Source: Verrucomicrobiota bacterium (GTDB taxonomy: Bacteria; Verrucomicrobiota; Verrucomicrobiia; Limisphaerales; AAA164-E04). From it: a DNA stretch of 64,000 bases. Positions 1 through 9,760 of this stretch are shown in pieces (the stretch's first letter is position 1; each line of letters begins with the position of its first letter). Where the stretch lies: positions 4,992,001-5,056,000 of the forward strand of contig CP170459.1 of assembly GCA_047947115.1 (NCBI GenBank). The letters are read 5' to 3'. A program made the translations under genes and the position numbers. The notes under the pieces were generated by a model that had not been told where the DNA came from, ran no database searches, and saw only the letters and a list, made by a program, of their open reading frames with translations.

Positions 1-843
1 CAACTTGTCACGATTGGCATCCGACATTGGCACCAGGGGCAGGCGCATTTCCTGGCCGATCAACCCCATGAGATACAGTGCCTCCTTGACCGGAACCGGG
101 TTCGTTTCGATGAACAACGCTTTAAACAAGTCGTAATACTTGGCGTGGGTGGCAAGGGCATCGGAAGTCCGCCCGCCGGCAAAATCACGCACCATGGAAG
201 CGATCGGTCCCGGAATGATATTGGAAGCCACACTGATGACTCCCTGGGCACCCACCGACATGAAGGGAAGTGTCAATCCATCATCACCACTGAGGATCGT
301 AAAATCATTCCCCAAGGCATATCTCAATTGACTCACCCTATCGGCATCACCACCGGCTTCCTTGATCCCGATCACATTGGAGCAGGAATCCGAAAGCCGT
401 TTGACCGTGCCGATGTCGATCGCAACCCCGCATCGTCCGGGAATACTGTAAAGAATGATTGGCAAATCGACCGCTTCCGCGATCGCTTTAAAATGCTGAT
501 AAAGGCCCTCCTGTGAAGGTTTATTGTAGTAAGGAGCCACCTGCAAGGAACCATCGGCTCCGCGTTTTTTGGCTTCACGCGTCAGGTAAATGGCTTCCTC
601 TGTGGCATTACCACCGGTTCCGGCCAGGATTTTCACCTTTCCGGCGGCGCTTTCTACCGCCAACTCGATCACTCTCAGGTGTTCCTCGCAATTAAGCGTG
701 GGCGATTCTCCGGTGGTTCCGACGGGCACAATGCCGTCCACACCGGCGTCTATCTGCTTCCGGAGCAAGGAACGCAGTGCTTCCTCGTCAAGTTTCCCCG
801 ATTTAAAAGGTGTTACAATCGCCGTAAAAGTGCCTGTAAACAT
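1..843 (-). CDS. dapA: 4-hydroxy-tetrahydrodipicolinate synthase (3' end runs off window)
   Basis: Not in the ORF track. Manual translation from ATG at 843 gives MFTGTFTAIVTPFKSGKLDEEAL...GIVPVGTTGESPTL...ILAGTGGNATEEAI...VAPYYNKPSQEGLYQHF. It lies directly downstream of dapF. Confidence 0.95.
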   Translation of the reverse strand, partial: MFTGTFTAIVTPFKSGKLDEEALRSLLRKQIDAGVDGIVPVGTTGESPTLNCEEHLRVIELAVESAAGKVKILAGTGGNATEEAIYLTREAKKRGADGSLQVAPYYNKPSQEGLYQHFKAIAEAVDLPIILYSIPGRCGVAIDIGTVKRLSDSCSNVIGIKEAGGDADRVSQLRYALGNDFTILSGDDGLTLPFMSVGAQGVISVASNIIPGPIASMVRDFAGGRTSDALATHAKYYDLFKALFIETNPVPVKEALYLMGLIGQEMRLPLVPMSDANRDKL

Positions 844-854
844 GTTGATAATCT

Positions 855-1670
855 CTAATCCAATTCAATTTCGCCGGTAAACACAAAATCGGCAGGCCCG
901 GCAAGCCGCACGTCTGAAAATCGCCCATCTTGTTCCACAAAAGAAACCTGTAATTGATCACCGCTCTGCACCTGCACCGTCACGGGTGATTTGAATCCAT
1001 GCAGTCTGGCCGCAACCATCGCCGCGGCGGAAACGCCGGTCCCACAAGCAAGCGTCTCACCCTCCACTCCGCGTTCATAGGTACGAACGCGTATGTGTCC
1101 AGGCTCAAGGATCTGCACGAAATTGACGTTCGTTCCTCTGGGGGAAAAGTGTGCATGATACCGAACCCCCGCCCCAAGCTCCCTGACCATCGCCTGATCC
1201 GCATCCGGAACGAATACAACCGCGTGCGGCACCCCGGTATTGATGGAATGTACACTGAGCGTTTGCCCATCCACCTCCAATTTGGCATCCAGAGACATCG
1301 GGCCGGGAGGTGTCAAGTTGACGGTGACGCGTGCTTCATCGAAAGAAGCCGAAATAATGCCCGCCAAGGTCTCAAAACTCAAGCCACCGCCCCCCCCCGC
1401 AAGGCTCCGGGTAAAAGCGGCAAAACATCGGGCACCATTGCCGCACATTTCGGCATCGCTTCCGTCGCTATTATAAAATTTCCAGGACCAATCTGCATTC
1501 CCTTTCTTATTAATTTCCAGCAACATCAACCCATCCGCCCCCACTCCCGCATGACGATCGCACATACGCGCAATATGCCCCGGATTCAGGGTCAGGTTCT
1601 GGTGTCGATTATCGATGAGAATGAAATCATTCCCCGCACCGTTCATCTTGGTAAAAGAAATACGCATCAA
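855..1670 (-). CDS. dapF: diaminopimelate epimerase
   Basis: FTKMNGAGNDF, EMCGNGARC, NTGVPH and ERGVEGETLACGTG motifs. Confidence 0.97.
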   Translation of the reverse strand: MMRISFTKMNGAGNDFILIDNRHQNLTLNPGHIARMCDRHAGVGADGLMLLEINKKGNADWSWKFYNSDGSDAEMCGNGARCFAAFTRSLAGGGGGLSFETLAGIISASFDEARVTVNLTPPGPMSLDAKLEVDGQTLSVHSINTGVPHAVVFVPDADQAMVRELGAGVRYHAHFSPRGTNVNFVQILEPGHIRVRTYERGVEGETLACGTGVSAAAMVAARLHGFKSPVTVQVQSGDQLQVSFVEQDGRFSDVRLAGPADFVFTGEIELD

Positions 1671-1783
1671 TCACCCACAACCTAACGAGCCCCTTTCACG
1701 TAGGAAAGCCCAAAGTCAAAAAGTTCAGCGCAAAATAAAATAAAGATTGACTTTCCCGACTGTCCCTGACATGAAAATTGTAA

Positions 1784-1901
1784 GTTAGGGGTTGTTGCCT
1801 ACTGATTGCAGACGGGTTCCGTCTTCAGGTGACACAGCTTCCTGACATGGACGAACACTAGTAGTTCATGGACTTCCCATGAGCGGCTGGTGTTTTTTTT
1901 T
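1784..1901 (+). ncRNA. candidate structured leader or sRNA ending in an intrinsic terminator
   Basis: Long imperfect hairpin 1784-1846 (core AGACGG-gtt-CCGTCT). Second hairpin AACACTAGT..TCATGG-acttc-CCATGA..GCTGGTGTT followed by a T run. Confidence 0.4.
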
Positions 1902-1953
1902 ACCCTGAACACGAAAACGAATTGTCCACAGGACAACTGACACAACACCCAAT

Positions 1954-2400
1954 ATGATCGCTACGGCAGAATTAATCCAAAAACCAACAGATGAAGATAT
2001 CGCACTCCAGGCATACCTTCTCTGGGAACAGCATGGCTACCCCCATGGAAGAGACAAAGAGTTCTGGTATAAGGCCGAGGAAAGGCTCTTCCATAGAATA
2101 GAAAAAGAAACGACCCGGATCGAATCCGAAGTGAGGGAAGTCAAAATCAAGGCAGGCCGACGTTCAAGCAGTGAAACTTCATCCAAAACCGGCGAAGTAG
2201 CGACTCTCACTGCCAAAAGCAAACCAGCCGCGACCCAAACCAAGGCTAAAAAGCAACCTGCAACGAAAAAAGCAGCCGCGAAAAAAACGGTGAGTCCAGT
2301 TGCGAAAGCAACGGAAAAACCGAAAGCCACCCCCAAGAAACCGGTCGCCGCCAAAGCAAAGGCAAAAACAGCCAAAGCAAAAACCAAAGCAACAAAGTAA
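1954..2400 (+). CDS. DUF2934 domain protein with Lys/Ala-rich histone H1-like C-terminal tail
   Basis: IALQAYLLWEQHGYPHGRDKEFWYKAE fits DUF2934. Tail contains AKKQPATKKAAAKK...AKAKAKTAKAKTKATK. Confidence 0.85.
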   Translation: MIATAELIQKPTDEDIALQAYLLWEQHGYPHGRDKEFWYKAEERLFHRIEKETTRIESEVREVKIKAGRRSSSETSSKTGEVATLTAKSKPAATQTKAKKQPATKKAAAKKTVSPVAKATEKPKATPKKPVAAKAKAKTAKAKTKATK

Positions 2401-2510
2401 CCAACTTTAAAAGTCCCGGTTGATCGTGTCGTTGACTGGTTGAACTCAATATTTGGGAAGCGTTTGCGCTTCTCAATTCCAGGACACCGCAGGCGGGTTT
2501 ACTCCCGAAT

Positions 2511-2546
2511 AAAGCCGAAGGATTGATTTCCTTCGGCTTTTGTTTT
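2511..2546. terminator. intrinsic terminator, probably bidirectional, between convergent genes
   Basis: AAAGCCGAAGGA-ttgatt-TCCTTCGGCTTT followed by TGTTTT. Confidence 0.8.
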
Positions 2547-2565
2547 GTCACACTTCGCACCTGGC

Positions 2566-5202
2566 TTAATTCGAGTCAAAACGTGGCTCCACAGGTGGCT
2601 TTCCCGACCATTCGGAATAGGGCGGTTCATAAGGTTCGAAGGTTTCGTTCCCTAAAAGCACATCCGCAATATGCCTCGTCGGCACCGAGACACTACCATA
2701 CACATCTGAATAACCCGTCACCCTTTCCTCTGAGGAACTTTGTGGCTTAAAGATCATAATCGAGCCATCCTGCAATATGATGCGCACGCTTCCCCTGACA
2801 AACGGTTTTCCGGTCATCGGAGCACCCGATCCAACACCATCCCCTTCATACATTTCGCCTTGAATGTCGACAATACGCGCACAGAGATCTCTTGAAATGT
2901 GTCGTTCCTTTAGTTTGGATTCGAACCGTACATGTTGTCCCCCCACCCCTATCAAACGCCCCCGTATCATATCGCCATTGCGCGCCACCAGAATGTGCCG
3001 GTCCGGTTGTTTCCGCTTGAACCGAGGTGCGTGCAAGGCTCTTTCCCGTGATCTCAAGTCCGCCTGAACACCTTGCCCCTGCAGATTGTTCTGACGTGTC
3101 CCCTTGTTTGCAGGACGGTAAAGTTGTTCAACAGTCAGAAGATTACGGTCGGGATCAAAATCAATCGCCTTGATCAAGGTCGCTGAAATCTTGTTGGTCT
3201 CAAGAACGGGCGAAGAGAACTCCAATACATCCTGATCGTAGGCTATCACTCGACATGGAATCACCTCCCCTGTTTTCAGAAACACCATGCTCGAGGCATC
3301 AGCCAGGTACCCGGGAAACTCGTATGGAAGAGCTTCTTCATCACGAATGACCCTGGCTTTGCCCAAGTCTGACAACTTCAAGGGAGCCACTGCGCCGGCA
3401 GGGGTCCATCCCAAAGGAGCATCCGGAAGCCCAAATGAAAGTTTCCCCCGGATCTTACCTTCTGGCAGGATCAACTGATCCCGATACTCCGAAGGTGAAG
3501 TAGCCAAAGATGGGGACGCATTGAATCGAATCGCAGACGCGCCCGACAAATCACACGATACCGGTTGTCGGGTAAAGACCGTCTTAAACCCCATCTGATG
3601 ACGATCCACTGCCACCATCTCACCTCGAATCACACCTCCGTCCTGATAGGATAATTCCGTAGCATCTTGCACTGGATCCAGAACGGATTCGGGACGATCA
3701 ACTCTTCCCAACCGGTCAAGTTCGAACGTTAAAATTTCACCTTTTTCGTTTTGGACGGATATCTGCTGATCGCGAATATCCAGTCGCCCGTACAGGACGG
3801 TTCCATCGATCAGATAAACCCGATCCTGTGCGACATCCAGTTGTTCCTCATTTAAAACCTTGGGTGAACGCAACAGACTTAATCGCCGAACAATCAAATC
3901 CTCCCCCAGATTACGCACATATATTCCCGAAGCGCCAGCCTGCAGGTCCACATCATCAATCGACACCAGCAATCGCCCGCTCATTCCGAATACATCCACA
4001 TGACGACGGGGAACATCCAACAACATCCTTAGACGAACATCTCTTTGATCCTCTTCCGGAGTCAAAACGGTTTCGAAAATGTTGTTTTGAATGACAGCAA
4101 TTTCATTGCCCCAGCTTTCCAATCTCAAAGCGCTTTTTTCCTCGGCACTGTATTCGTCCCTTCCGAATGCAATGACGAACCTTGGATTCGATGAGGAAGC
4201 CAGTTCTACATTCATTTCAATCCGGCCCTGCATCTCAAAATCACGAAACAATGCGGACCGCACCAGTTGAGTCGTCGGATGAGCACCTAGCCCGGCATGC
4301 CATCCGGACTCACGATTGGTTCCGACCAAGGACCGGTTCTTGAACCCTGGACCGGTCCACCAGACGCGCAGTTCTCCCATCCCTTCACCATTCAGGTATT
4401 CAACCCGCATGGCATGCGAGCCGACTTCCAGAGAAATATGTTGACTGGCCACACCTTCTTCCAACGTTTCCACAAGCAATTCGCCGTCGATCCACAAACG
4501 CATTCGGTCATCCGCAGAAACATGAAATTCATGCACCGCCGCATCTTCAATCTGCAGGTGCCCTTCAAACACCATGGCAAAATCCTGTTTCGCATCGGAA
4601 ATGCCCAAATCAAAATAACTCGACGCCAAGCGCCCCTCTTGAACGGCCTCCAGACCGGATAAATCTGGAAACGGACCAACCAACCATTCCTTATCCGCCC
4701 GATAAACACGATAACTCAGGTTCTGAATGGGGCCACCCAGTGCCACTTCCCAATCACGAAATCTCGAACCGTCAAATATCAGGTTAGGCTGTTCAATCCT
4801 GTGAAGGGAATAAATCGCGTCCCTCAATACACTCAAGCGACCATGGCGTTTGCTTTCAAAGATCAAAGTCTGATCATCCGAACCGACCAAATCAGCCACC
4901 AGCAGATCTCCCCCGACGGTAGCGATCCGAAAAGCTCCCTCGGCTTCGTTTTTTTCCTTTGGAAATTGAATCGAAGCCAGCGATGACGCTTCGATGATCA
5001 TGTCGTCATCAAAGATCGAGGAGGCCCAACGAATCTGATTACCTACACTCGGAAGCAGCTCACCTGGAATTTCATCGCCATTCTTCCAGTGCAACACAAT
5101 GCCTTCCCCATGCTCAGCTCCCTGCAAATGAAGATAACACAGAGTCGCAGCACCAAATAAAAGGCGCCAAATCAAATATCGAATAACAGGATACATCCTC
5201 AT
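2566..5202 (-). CDS. large exported protein with PA14-like domain
   Basis: 878-aa ORF with an N-terminal signal-like segment. PA14-like FAMVFEGHLQI..HEFHVSADDRMRLWIDG..LRVWWTGPG. Last gene of the MoxR operon, with ATGA overlap. Confidence 0.7.
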   Translation of the reverse strand: MRMYPVIRYLIWRLLFGAATLCYLHLQGAEHGEGIVLHWKNGDEIPGELLPSVGNQIRWASSIFDDDMIIEASSLASIQFPKEKNEAEGAFRIATVGGDLLVADLVGSDDQTLIFESKRHGRLSVLRDAIYSLHRIEQPNLIFDGSRFRDWEVALGGPIQNLSYRVYRADKEWLVGPFPDLSGLEAVQEGRLASSYFDLGISDAKQDFAMVFEGHLQIEDAAVHEFHVSADDRMRLWIDGELLVETLEEGVASQHISLEVGSHAMRVEYLNGEGMGELRVWWTGPGFKNRSLVGTNRESGWHAGLGAHPTTQLVRSALFRDFEMQGRIEMNVELASSSNPRFVIAFGRDEYSAEEKSALRLESWGNEIAVIQNNIFETVLTPEEDQRDVRLRMLLDVPRRHVDVFGMSGRLLVSIDDVDLQAGASGIYVRNLGEDLIVRRLSLLRSPKVLNEEQLDVAQDRVYLIDGTVLYGRLDIRDQQISVQNEKGEILTFELDRLGRVDRPESVLDPVQDATELSYQDGGVIRGEMVAVDRHQMGFKTVFTRQPVSCDLSGASAIRFNASPSLATSPSEYRDQLILPEGKIRGKLSFGLPDAPLGWTPAGAVAPLKLSDLGKARVIRDEEALPYEFPGYLADASSMVFLKTGEVIPCRVIAYDQDVLEFSSPVLETNKISATLIKAIDFDPDRNLLTVEQLYRPANKGTRQNNLQGQGVQADLRSRERALHAPRFKRKQPDRHILVARNGDMIRGRLIGVGGQHVRFESKLKERHISRDLCARIVDIQGEMYEGDGVGSGAPMTGKPFVRGSVRIILQDGSIMIFKPQSSSEERVTGYSDVYGSVSVPTRHIADVLLGNETFEPYEPPYSEWSGKPPVEPRFDSN

Positions 5203-6275
5203 CGCTCGTAAACAGGCAACAACCTATAATTCAAAGCAAGGGTCAACACGGCCATCCCGGTTCCAAAAGCGGGCCCATGATCGCTCGCAAAACTTCCATC
5301 ATCCGCCTGGGATTCCTGGAGTTGATCAATGATCCGCCGATTCCATACTTTCCAAGCCTCAAAATCACTCTGGAACAATGCCTGTGCCATGTAATAACGA
5401 TGGTACTCGGGATGCCGAACCACGTCCTGGTCCAGATTGCTTTTGATATAACCGGCAACGGCCAGATATTCCTGAGTCTGCTTTCGTTTTCCAATGGCAT
5501 AGACGAGAGTGGCAATGGCCGAACGGGTCAAACTTTCACCACTGCCCTGAGACAATTGATACGACACCGAACCGCTCCTCATGGTGCTTGCCCTAAAATA
5601 ATTCAAGGCGCCTTCGATGGCTTCGTTGGGAATTTCCACGCCGGCATTCCGGGCACCGAGTAATCCCATCAACACTGTCCCGGAAACCGTCGTGTCGGCG
5701 TCCTGAGACTCGGGTGAATATCGCCATGCCTTGTATGGGTTCTTCTGCTGAGCAGTCAAGGTGCACCGGACAGCCAACTCTAGGGCTTGAGCTATCGATC
5801 TTCGTTCATCAGCCGGCACCTCGGATCCTTTCCATAAAAGATCCTCGTTAACCACACCATAAGCCTCGGAAAGCGCCAGGGTTGCAAACCCATGATGATA
5901 CATGGGGCCGTGCCCCGGCCCGCTGGCCACCCCGGTCACCGGGCTTTGATTGGAAATGATGTAGCGCAAAGATCGGCGGATGGGTTCCGCATATGGCCCG
6001 TAGTCCGGATCCTCTCCACTGGCCATCATGGCCATGACGCATATCCCGACCACACCCGAACCATAACCATCTCCACCCGGCCAACTGCCATTTTCCGATT
6101 GATCGGACACCAGGAATTTCAAGGCCCTTTCATGGATGACCTTGACGGAGGCTGGAACACTTTCACCGTACTGAACGGTGGCAATTTGTGCAAACAGATC
6201 AGATGAAACGCCCAAAGGAGCAAGGAGCAACAAAGCAAGTCTGATCACGGGATATAATGAAGGCCGATTATTCAC
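5199..6275 (-). CDS. exported prenyltransferase/squalene-cyclase-repeat (alpha/alpha barrel) protein
   Basis: QW-like repeats QSENGSW and QADDGSF, WRY..DADTTVSG, signal peptide, no DxDD motif. Confidence 0.85.
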   Translation of the reverse strand: MNNRPSLYPVIRLALLLLAPLGVSSDLFAQIATVQYGESVPASVKVIHERALKFLVSDQSENGSWPGGDGYGSGVVGICVMAMMASGEDPDYGPYAEPIRRSLRYIISNQSPVTGVASGPGHGPMYHHGFATLALSEAYGVVNEDLLWKGSEVPADERRSIAQALELAVRCTLTAQQKNPYKAWRYSPESQDADTTVSGTVLMGLLGARNAGVEIPNEAIEGALNYFRASTMRSGSVSYQLSQGSGESLTRSAIATLVYAIGKRKQTQEYLAVAGYIKSNLDQDVVRHPEYHRYYMAQALFQSDFEAWKVWNRRIIDQLQESQADDGSFASDHGPAFGTGMAVLTLALNYRLLPVYER

Positions 6276-9200
6276 GAAGATTCCTTTCCAGTGCGCTTAA
6301 GTAAGCGTCCAATCCCTGACGGAATTCGACGGGCAGTTCGCGTCCGGAACGACCGGTCGCCTGCCCTGCCACACGTTCTTCTATGTAGGCATCCAGAGCG
6401 TCGTCCCCGACCCCCATCAGCAGAAGCGCAGGCGTCTGGGTGGGGTTCGCCTTGGTCACCGTGGTTGTATTGGGAACACGCCCCGTTTCCAGCAGAATCT
6501 CGATCACCTCTGAAATGGCGGCAATGGTGTCAGGGCCGGTTTCCTCATTGGCCAACCGGGTCACCACTTCGTCCATCACGCTGGCAGCTTCAGTCAGTTT
6601 CTGCATATGCTTTTGCATCATCGGGTGACCTGCTTTCGGCAACGCTTTAATATCCTCGCGCAGTCCGCGTGCATGAGTGGCCATGTCGCTTTGGGTCTGT
6701 TCGAGAGCCTTGGATCGTTGGGTGATTTCATCTGTGTGAAGTGCGTGACGCGCGTGATCCAGTTCACGCGTCTCCTCGCGAAGTTCAATTTCCTGATGAA
6801 TCAGGCGCACCACTTCCAGAATGATTTCCGGAGGCAGGTTTGGCAATTCGATGTCGTCGGATTCGCCGTCGGATGGCTCGGGAGGAGGCAAGGGATCCAC
6901 CAATTGCTCAGCCCACCGGTCCAGTGTATCCGCCCAATACTCACTGGCGATCGTGGCGTTCCCGACCGCATTGTTTTGGATGTAACTCTTGATGTCCTTG
7001 ATCTCCTCCACCACATCCGAGGTCTGCATTTCATCCAGCACCCGGGTAAACTTGTCCGAGGGGCGACGCTCGGCGTAGGCGTCCATATCTTCATGGATCG
7101 TGAGCACCTCCTCCGAAGCCGCCAATTGGAGATCGCCCAGGATGTTACGAGACGTCTCATCGTTAATCTCCCCGGCATCCAGACCGAACCCGTCCAAATC
7201 GTTCAATTCGGAAGCCAGTTCGAGTTGCTGCCTCGCGGCCGATTTGAGGCGCTTGACAAACGTGCTGTTTTCAAAACTAAGGAGTAATTGCTGCAACTCC
7301 TGCGCCACCTTTGCAAAACTCGCGATCAGGTCCGCTTGAACTTCCACCGCTTTGGAAACCAATTCCTTGTTGGATTCCTCGGGCTTGGACTCCATTTTTG
7401 CCTGTTCTTGTTCTTCCTGCGGAGGTCGGCCACTTCCACGCAGCGTGGTGGAAGGCAAGCCGAGGCCTCCCTGGACCTGTGGAGATTCTTCCGAGGAGGC
7501 CTGTGCCGGCTCGTTCGGATTAAAGCCTGATTCCGTGTCCCCGATACCAGGCGTGGGGTTGGGTGGGGCATTGCCGGATGAAGCCTCACCGGTTTCCGCT
7601 TTGCTCCGATCCACACTTGCGGTCTGGGTCGCCTGACTGCCGGATGTACCATCGGTACCAGCTTCAGGCAAATCCTTGTACGGTGGACCGGACCGAACAT
7701 GATCACCGGAAGGCATGTCCGGAGCGGAAGGAGATCCAGCGGGTTCGTTTTTTGTGGCGGAAGCCATTCCGGATGACGCCTCACTGGAAGCCATCGAACT
7801 TTCACTTCCCAGTTGCGAAGCTTCGGAAGGCCGAGTGTTCAATGAAGGGGATTCGGCGCCTTGAGCGAGCAAAGAGGCGACGGAAGGCATTTGCTGACCT
7901 GCAATCGATTCAAGTGCTCGAATGGTTTCCGCCCACATGCTGAGCTGGGCCGGATCAAAGGATGTGTTGCGCGCGGCATCCTGGACGAGCTCCTTGCCGA
8001 CACGGATCAAGGTTTCCAGTTTATCCGTATTCGAGCGCTCTGCTGCCGCCTGCGCTTGAACCTGTTGTCGACGTTCGGGCGTGTCCAGCTCCTCCCGGCT
8101 CAATTGACTCAGGGCTTCGTTCGTTTGATGAAGCTGCAATTCCCGTTCGTAAATTTCCTGCGAAACACCCGCCCAAAGTCTCATTTGTTCTGTCACCCAC
8201 TGATAATGATCCTCCGGTGCCATGACATGCACCACCATATAAGGCGAATAAGACCGTGGACGATCCGGGAAATAATCCGTGGCGTAGGCGCGCAATTGTA
8301 TACTCTGGGGCTTGAGCTTTTCACGTAATGCCGAGAAGGTCGCCGCCACCGACAAACGATCGTCCTTGGGTCCACCCGCCGCCACGGTTTTCTCTCCTTT
8401 GGTGGGGCTGGGATTCAAAACCGGATCTTCAATACCCGCCCATTCGATTCCCAGTTGTTGAATCCCAAAATCATCGCTGGCGACAATCTCGAATGAAATC
8501 AATTCGTTCGGCAACACCACCTGATTGTTCTGAAACCGGGCCAAACTCACACTCGGCGCCTGATCTCCCCTTACTTCAACGCGCATCACCTGTGGCTCTC
8601 TGGGTTCAAGTCCCAACACATCCTGCCAGTTCAAAGGATATTCACCCGATGCCTCTACCAGCACCGGTTCCGTGGACAAGGAGGCGCCCGAAACGGATTG
8701 AGGGTTGCCATTGAGCGTCGCCAATTGGAGTTCCCGGGTGGCTGAGGCTCGAAACGATAGTCGGCTCCCCTTCACGAGACTGACCATCCCTCCCCGAACG
8801 TCCTCAACGATCGGATCGTTTATTTGCAGATAGTCAGGCAAGGTCGACTCTGCAAACAGCTCGTTCAAAGCAGGGCGAATCCTGGGACGAACCGGGATCT
8901 GACGGCGGGCGTCGCCGACTTGAATATCCAACGATGCATCCAGGGTTTGAGGCGGCATCCCGAACAGAAAAACATCGCCATCGCGCTCGGCAGACACCGG
9001 CATCTGCGAACCATACTGCGCCTGCCCCACAGCAGGCTTCCAGGGAGCATCCGGCTTGAGCCGAACCTCATACTGGAACGGCTCGGCATAAGGAACGACA
9101 TGAGGGGTGGATTCACCTTGCAACTGCGCGAAGGTATAACGGTCAAGCTGTTTCCAGGGCATCATCCAACGCAATAGCGCGTTACTGCTGGCGGCGGGAG

Positions 9201-9741
9201 AAAACAAACAAAGCAACAAGGCGAGCCCGCAGGGCACCCCCGCAATCCAGCCCCATGTGACATGTCGTGGGAACGGGACGGCATCGCTGAGATCGCGTTT
9301 TCCCATTTCTTCGTCGACCTGCTTCATGGCGGCCTGAACCAGATCCTTGCTTTTGCCATGTTGCCGGACATTCAAGGCCAGTTCGACAATACCCAGCAAG
9401 TGATCGCCAAAACGCGGGTATTTGTAACGCACCAATCGGGCGGATTGATCCAGGGTCCGGTTCTTCCAGACCCAGGTCCTCAGCTTCAGAGGCAAACAAA
9501 CCAGACACCCCACACTCCCTGTTGTCACAATCAAGGCCCTAACCCATTTGGGTGTATCCCACCATCGATCGAGTCCGAACACCAACAGGTAGGAAATCAC
9601 CCATCCAAACAGGGCGATCAAAATCCCCTCAGCGATCTTGATCCTCCAAACTTTTTTTTGGAATTCAACCAACGATGACTCCAGCCTGGGCGGCAGTGCC
9701 ACCCGGTCGGTCTCGTTGTGTTGTGGTTGATTGTTTTGCAT
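6268..9741 (-). CDS. large membrane-anchored coiled-coil protein (DUF4175-like) of the MoxR operon
   Basis: 1157 aa, N-terminal TM helices, Ig-like middle (ASDDFG), low-complexity linker, helical C-terminus ending LPVEFRQGLDAY. Confidence 0.7.
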   Translation of the reverse strand: MQNNQPQHNETDRVALPPRLESSLVEFQKKVWRIKIAEGILIALFGWVISYLLVFGLDRWWDTPKWVRALIVTTGSVGCLVCLPLKLRTWVWKNRTLDQSARLVRYKYPRFGDHLLGIVELALNVRQHGKSKDLVQAAMKQVDEEMGKRDLSDAVPFPRHVTWGWIAGVPCGLALLLCLFSPAASSNALLRWMMPWKQLDRYTFAQLQGESTPHVVPYAEPFQYEVRLKPDAPWKPAVGQAQYGSQMPVSAERDGDVFLFGMPPQTLDASLDIQVGDARRQIPVRPRIRPALNELFAESTLPDYLQINDPIVEDVRGGMVSLVKGSRLSFRASATRELQLATLNGNPQSVSGASLSTEPVLVEASGEYPLNWQDVLGLEPREPQVMRVEVRGDQAPSVSLARFQNNQVVLPNELISFEIVASDDFGIQQLGIEWAGIEDPVLNPSPTKGEKTVAAGGPKDDRLSVAATFSALREKLKPQSIQLRAYATDYFPDRPRSYSPYMVVHVMAPEDHYQWVTEQMRLWAGVSQEIYERELQLHQTNEALSQLSREELDTPERRQQVQAQAAAERSNTDKLETLIRVGKELVQDAARNTSFDPAQLSMWAETIRALESIAGQQMPSVASLLAQGAESPSLNTRPSEASQLGSESSMASSEASSGMASATKNEPAGSPSAPDMPSGDHVRSGPPYKDLPEAGTDGTSGSQATQTASVDRSKAETGEASSGNAPPNPTPGIGDTESGFNPNEPAQASSEESPQVQGGLGLPSTTLRGSGRPPQEEQEQAKMESKPEESNKELVSKAVEVQADLIASFAKVAQELQQLLLSFENSTFVKRLKSAARQQLELASELNDLDGFGLDAGEINDETSRNILGDLQLAASEEVLTIHEDMDAYAERRPSDKFTRVLDEMQTSDVVEEIKDIKSYIQNNAVGNATIASEYWADTLDRWAEQLVDPLPPPEPSDGESDDIELPNLPPEIILEVVRLIHQEIELREETRELDHARHALHTDEITQRSKALEQTQSDMATHARGLREDIKALPKAGHPMMQKHMQKLTEAASVMDEVVTRLANEETGPDTIAAISEVIEILLETGRVPNTTTVTKANPTQTPALLLMGVGDDALDAYIEERVAGQATGRSGRELPVEFRQGLDAYLSALERNLRE

Positions 9742-9760
9742 GTTCGATTTGATCGCGTGC

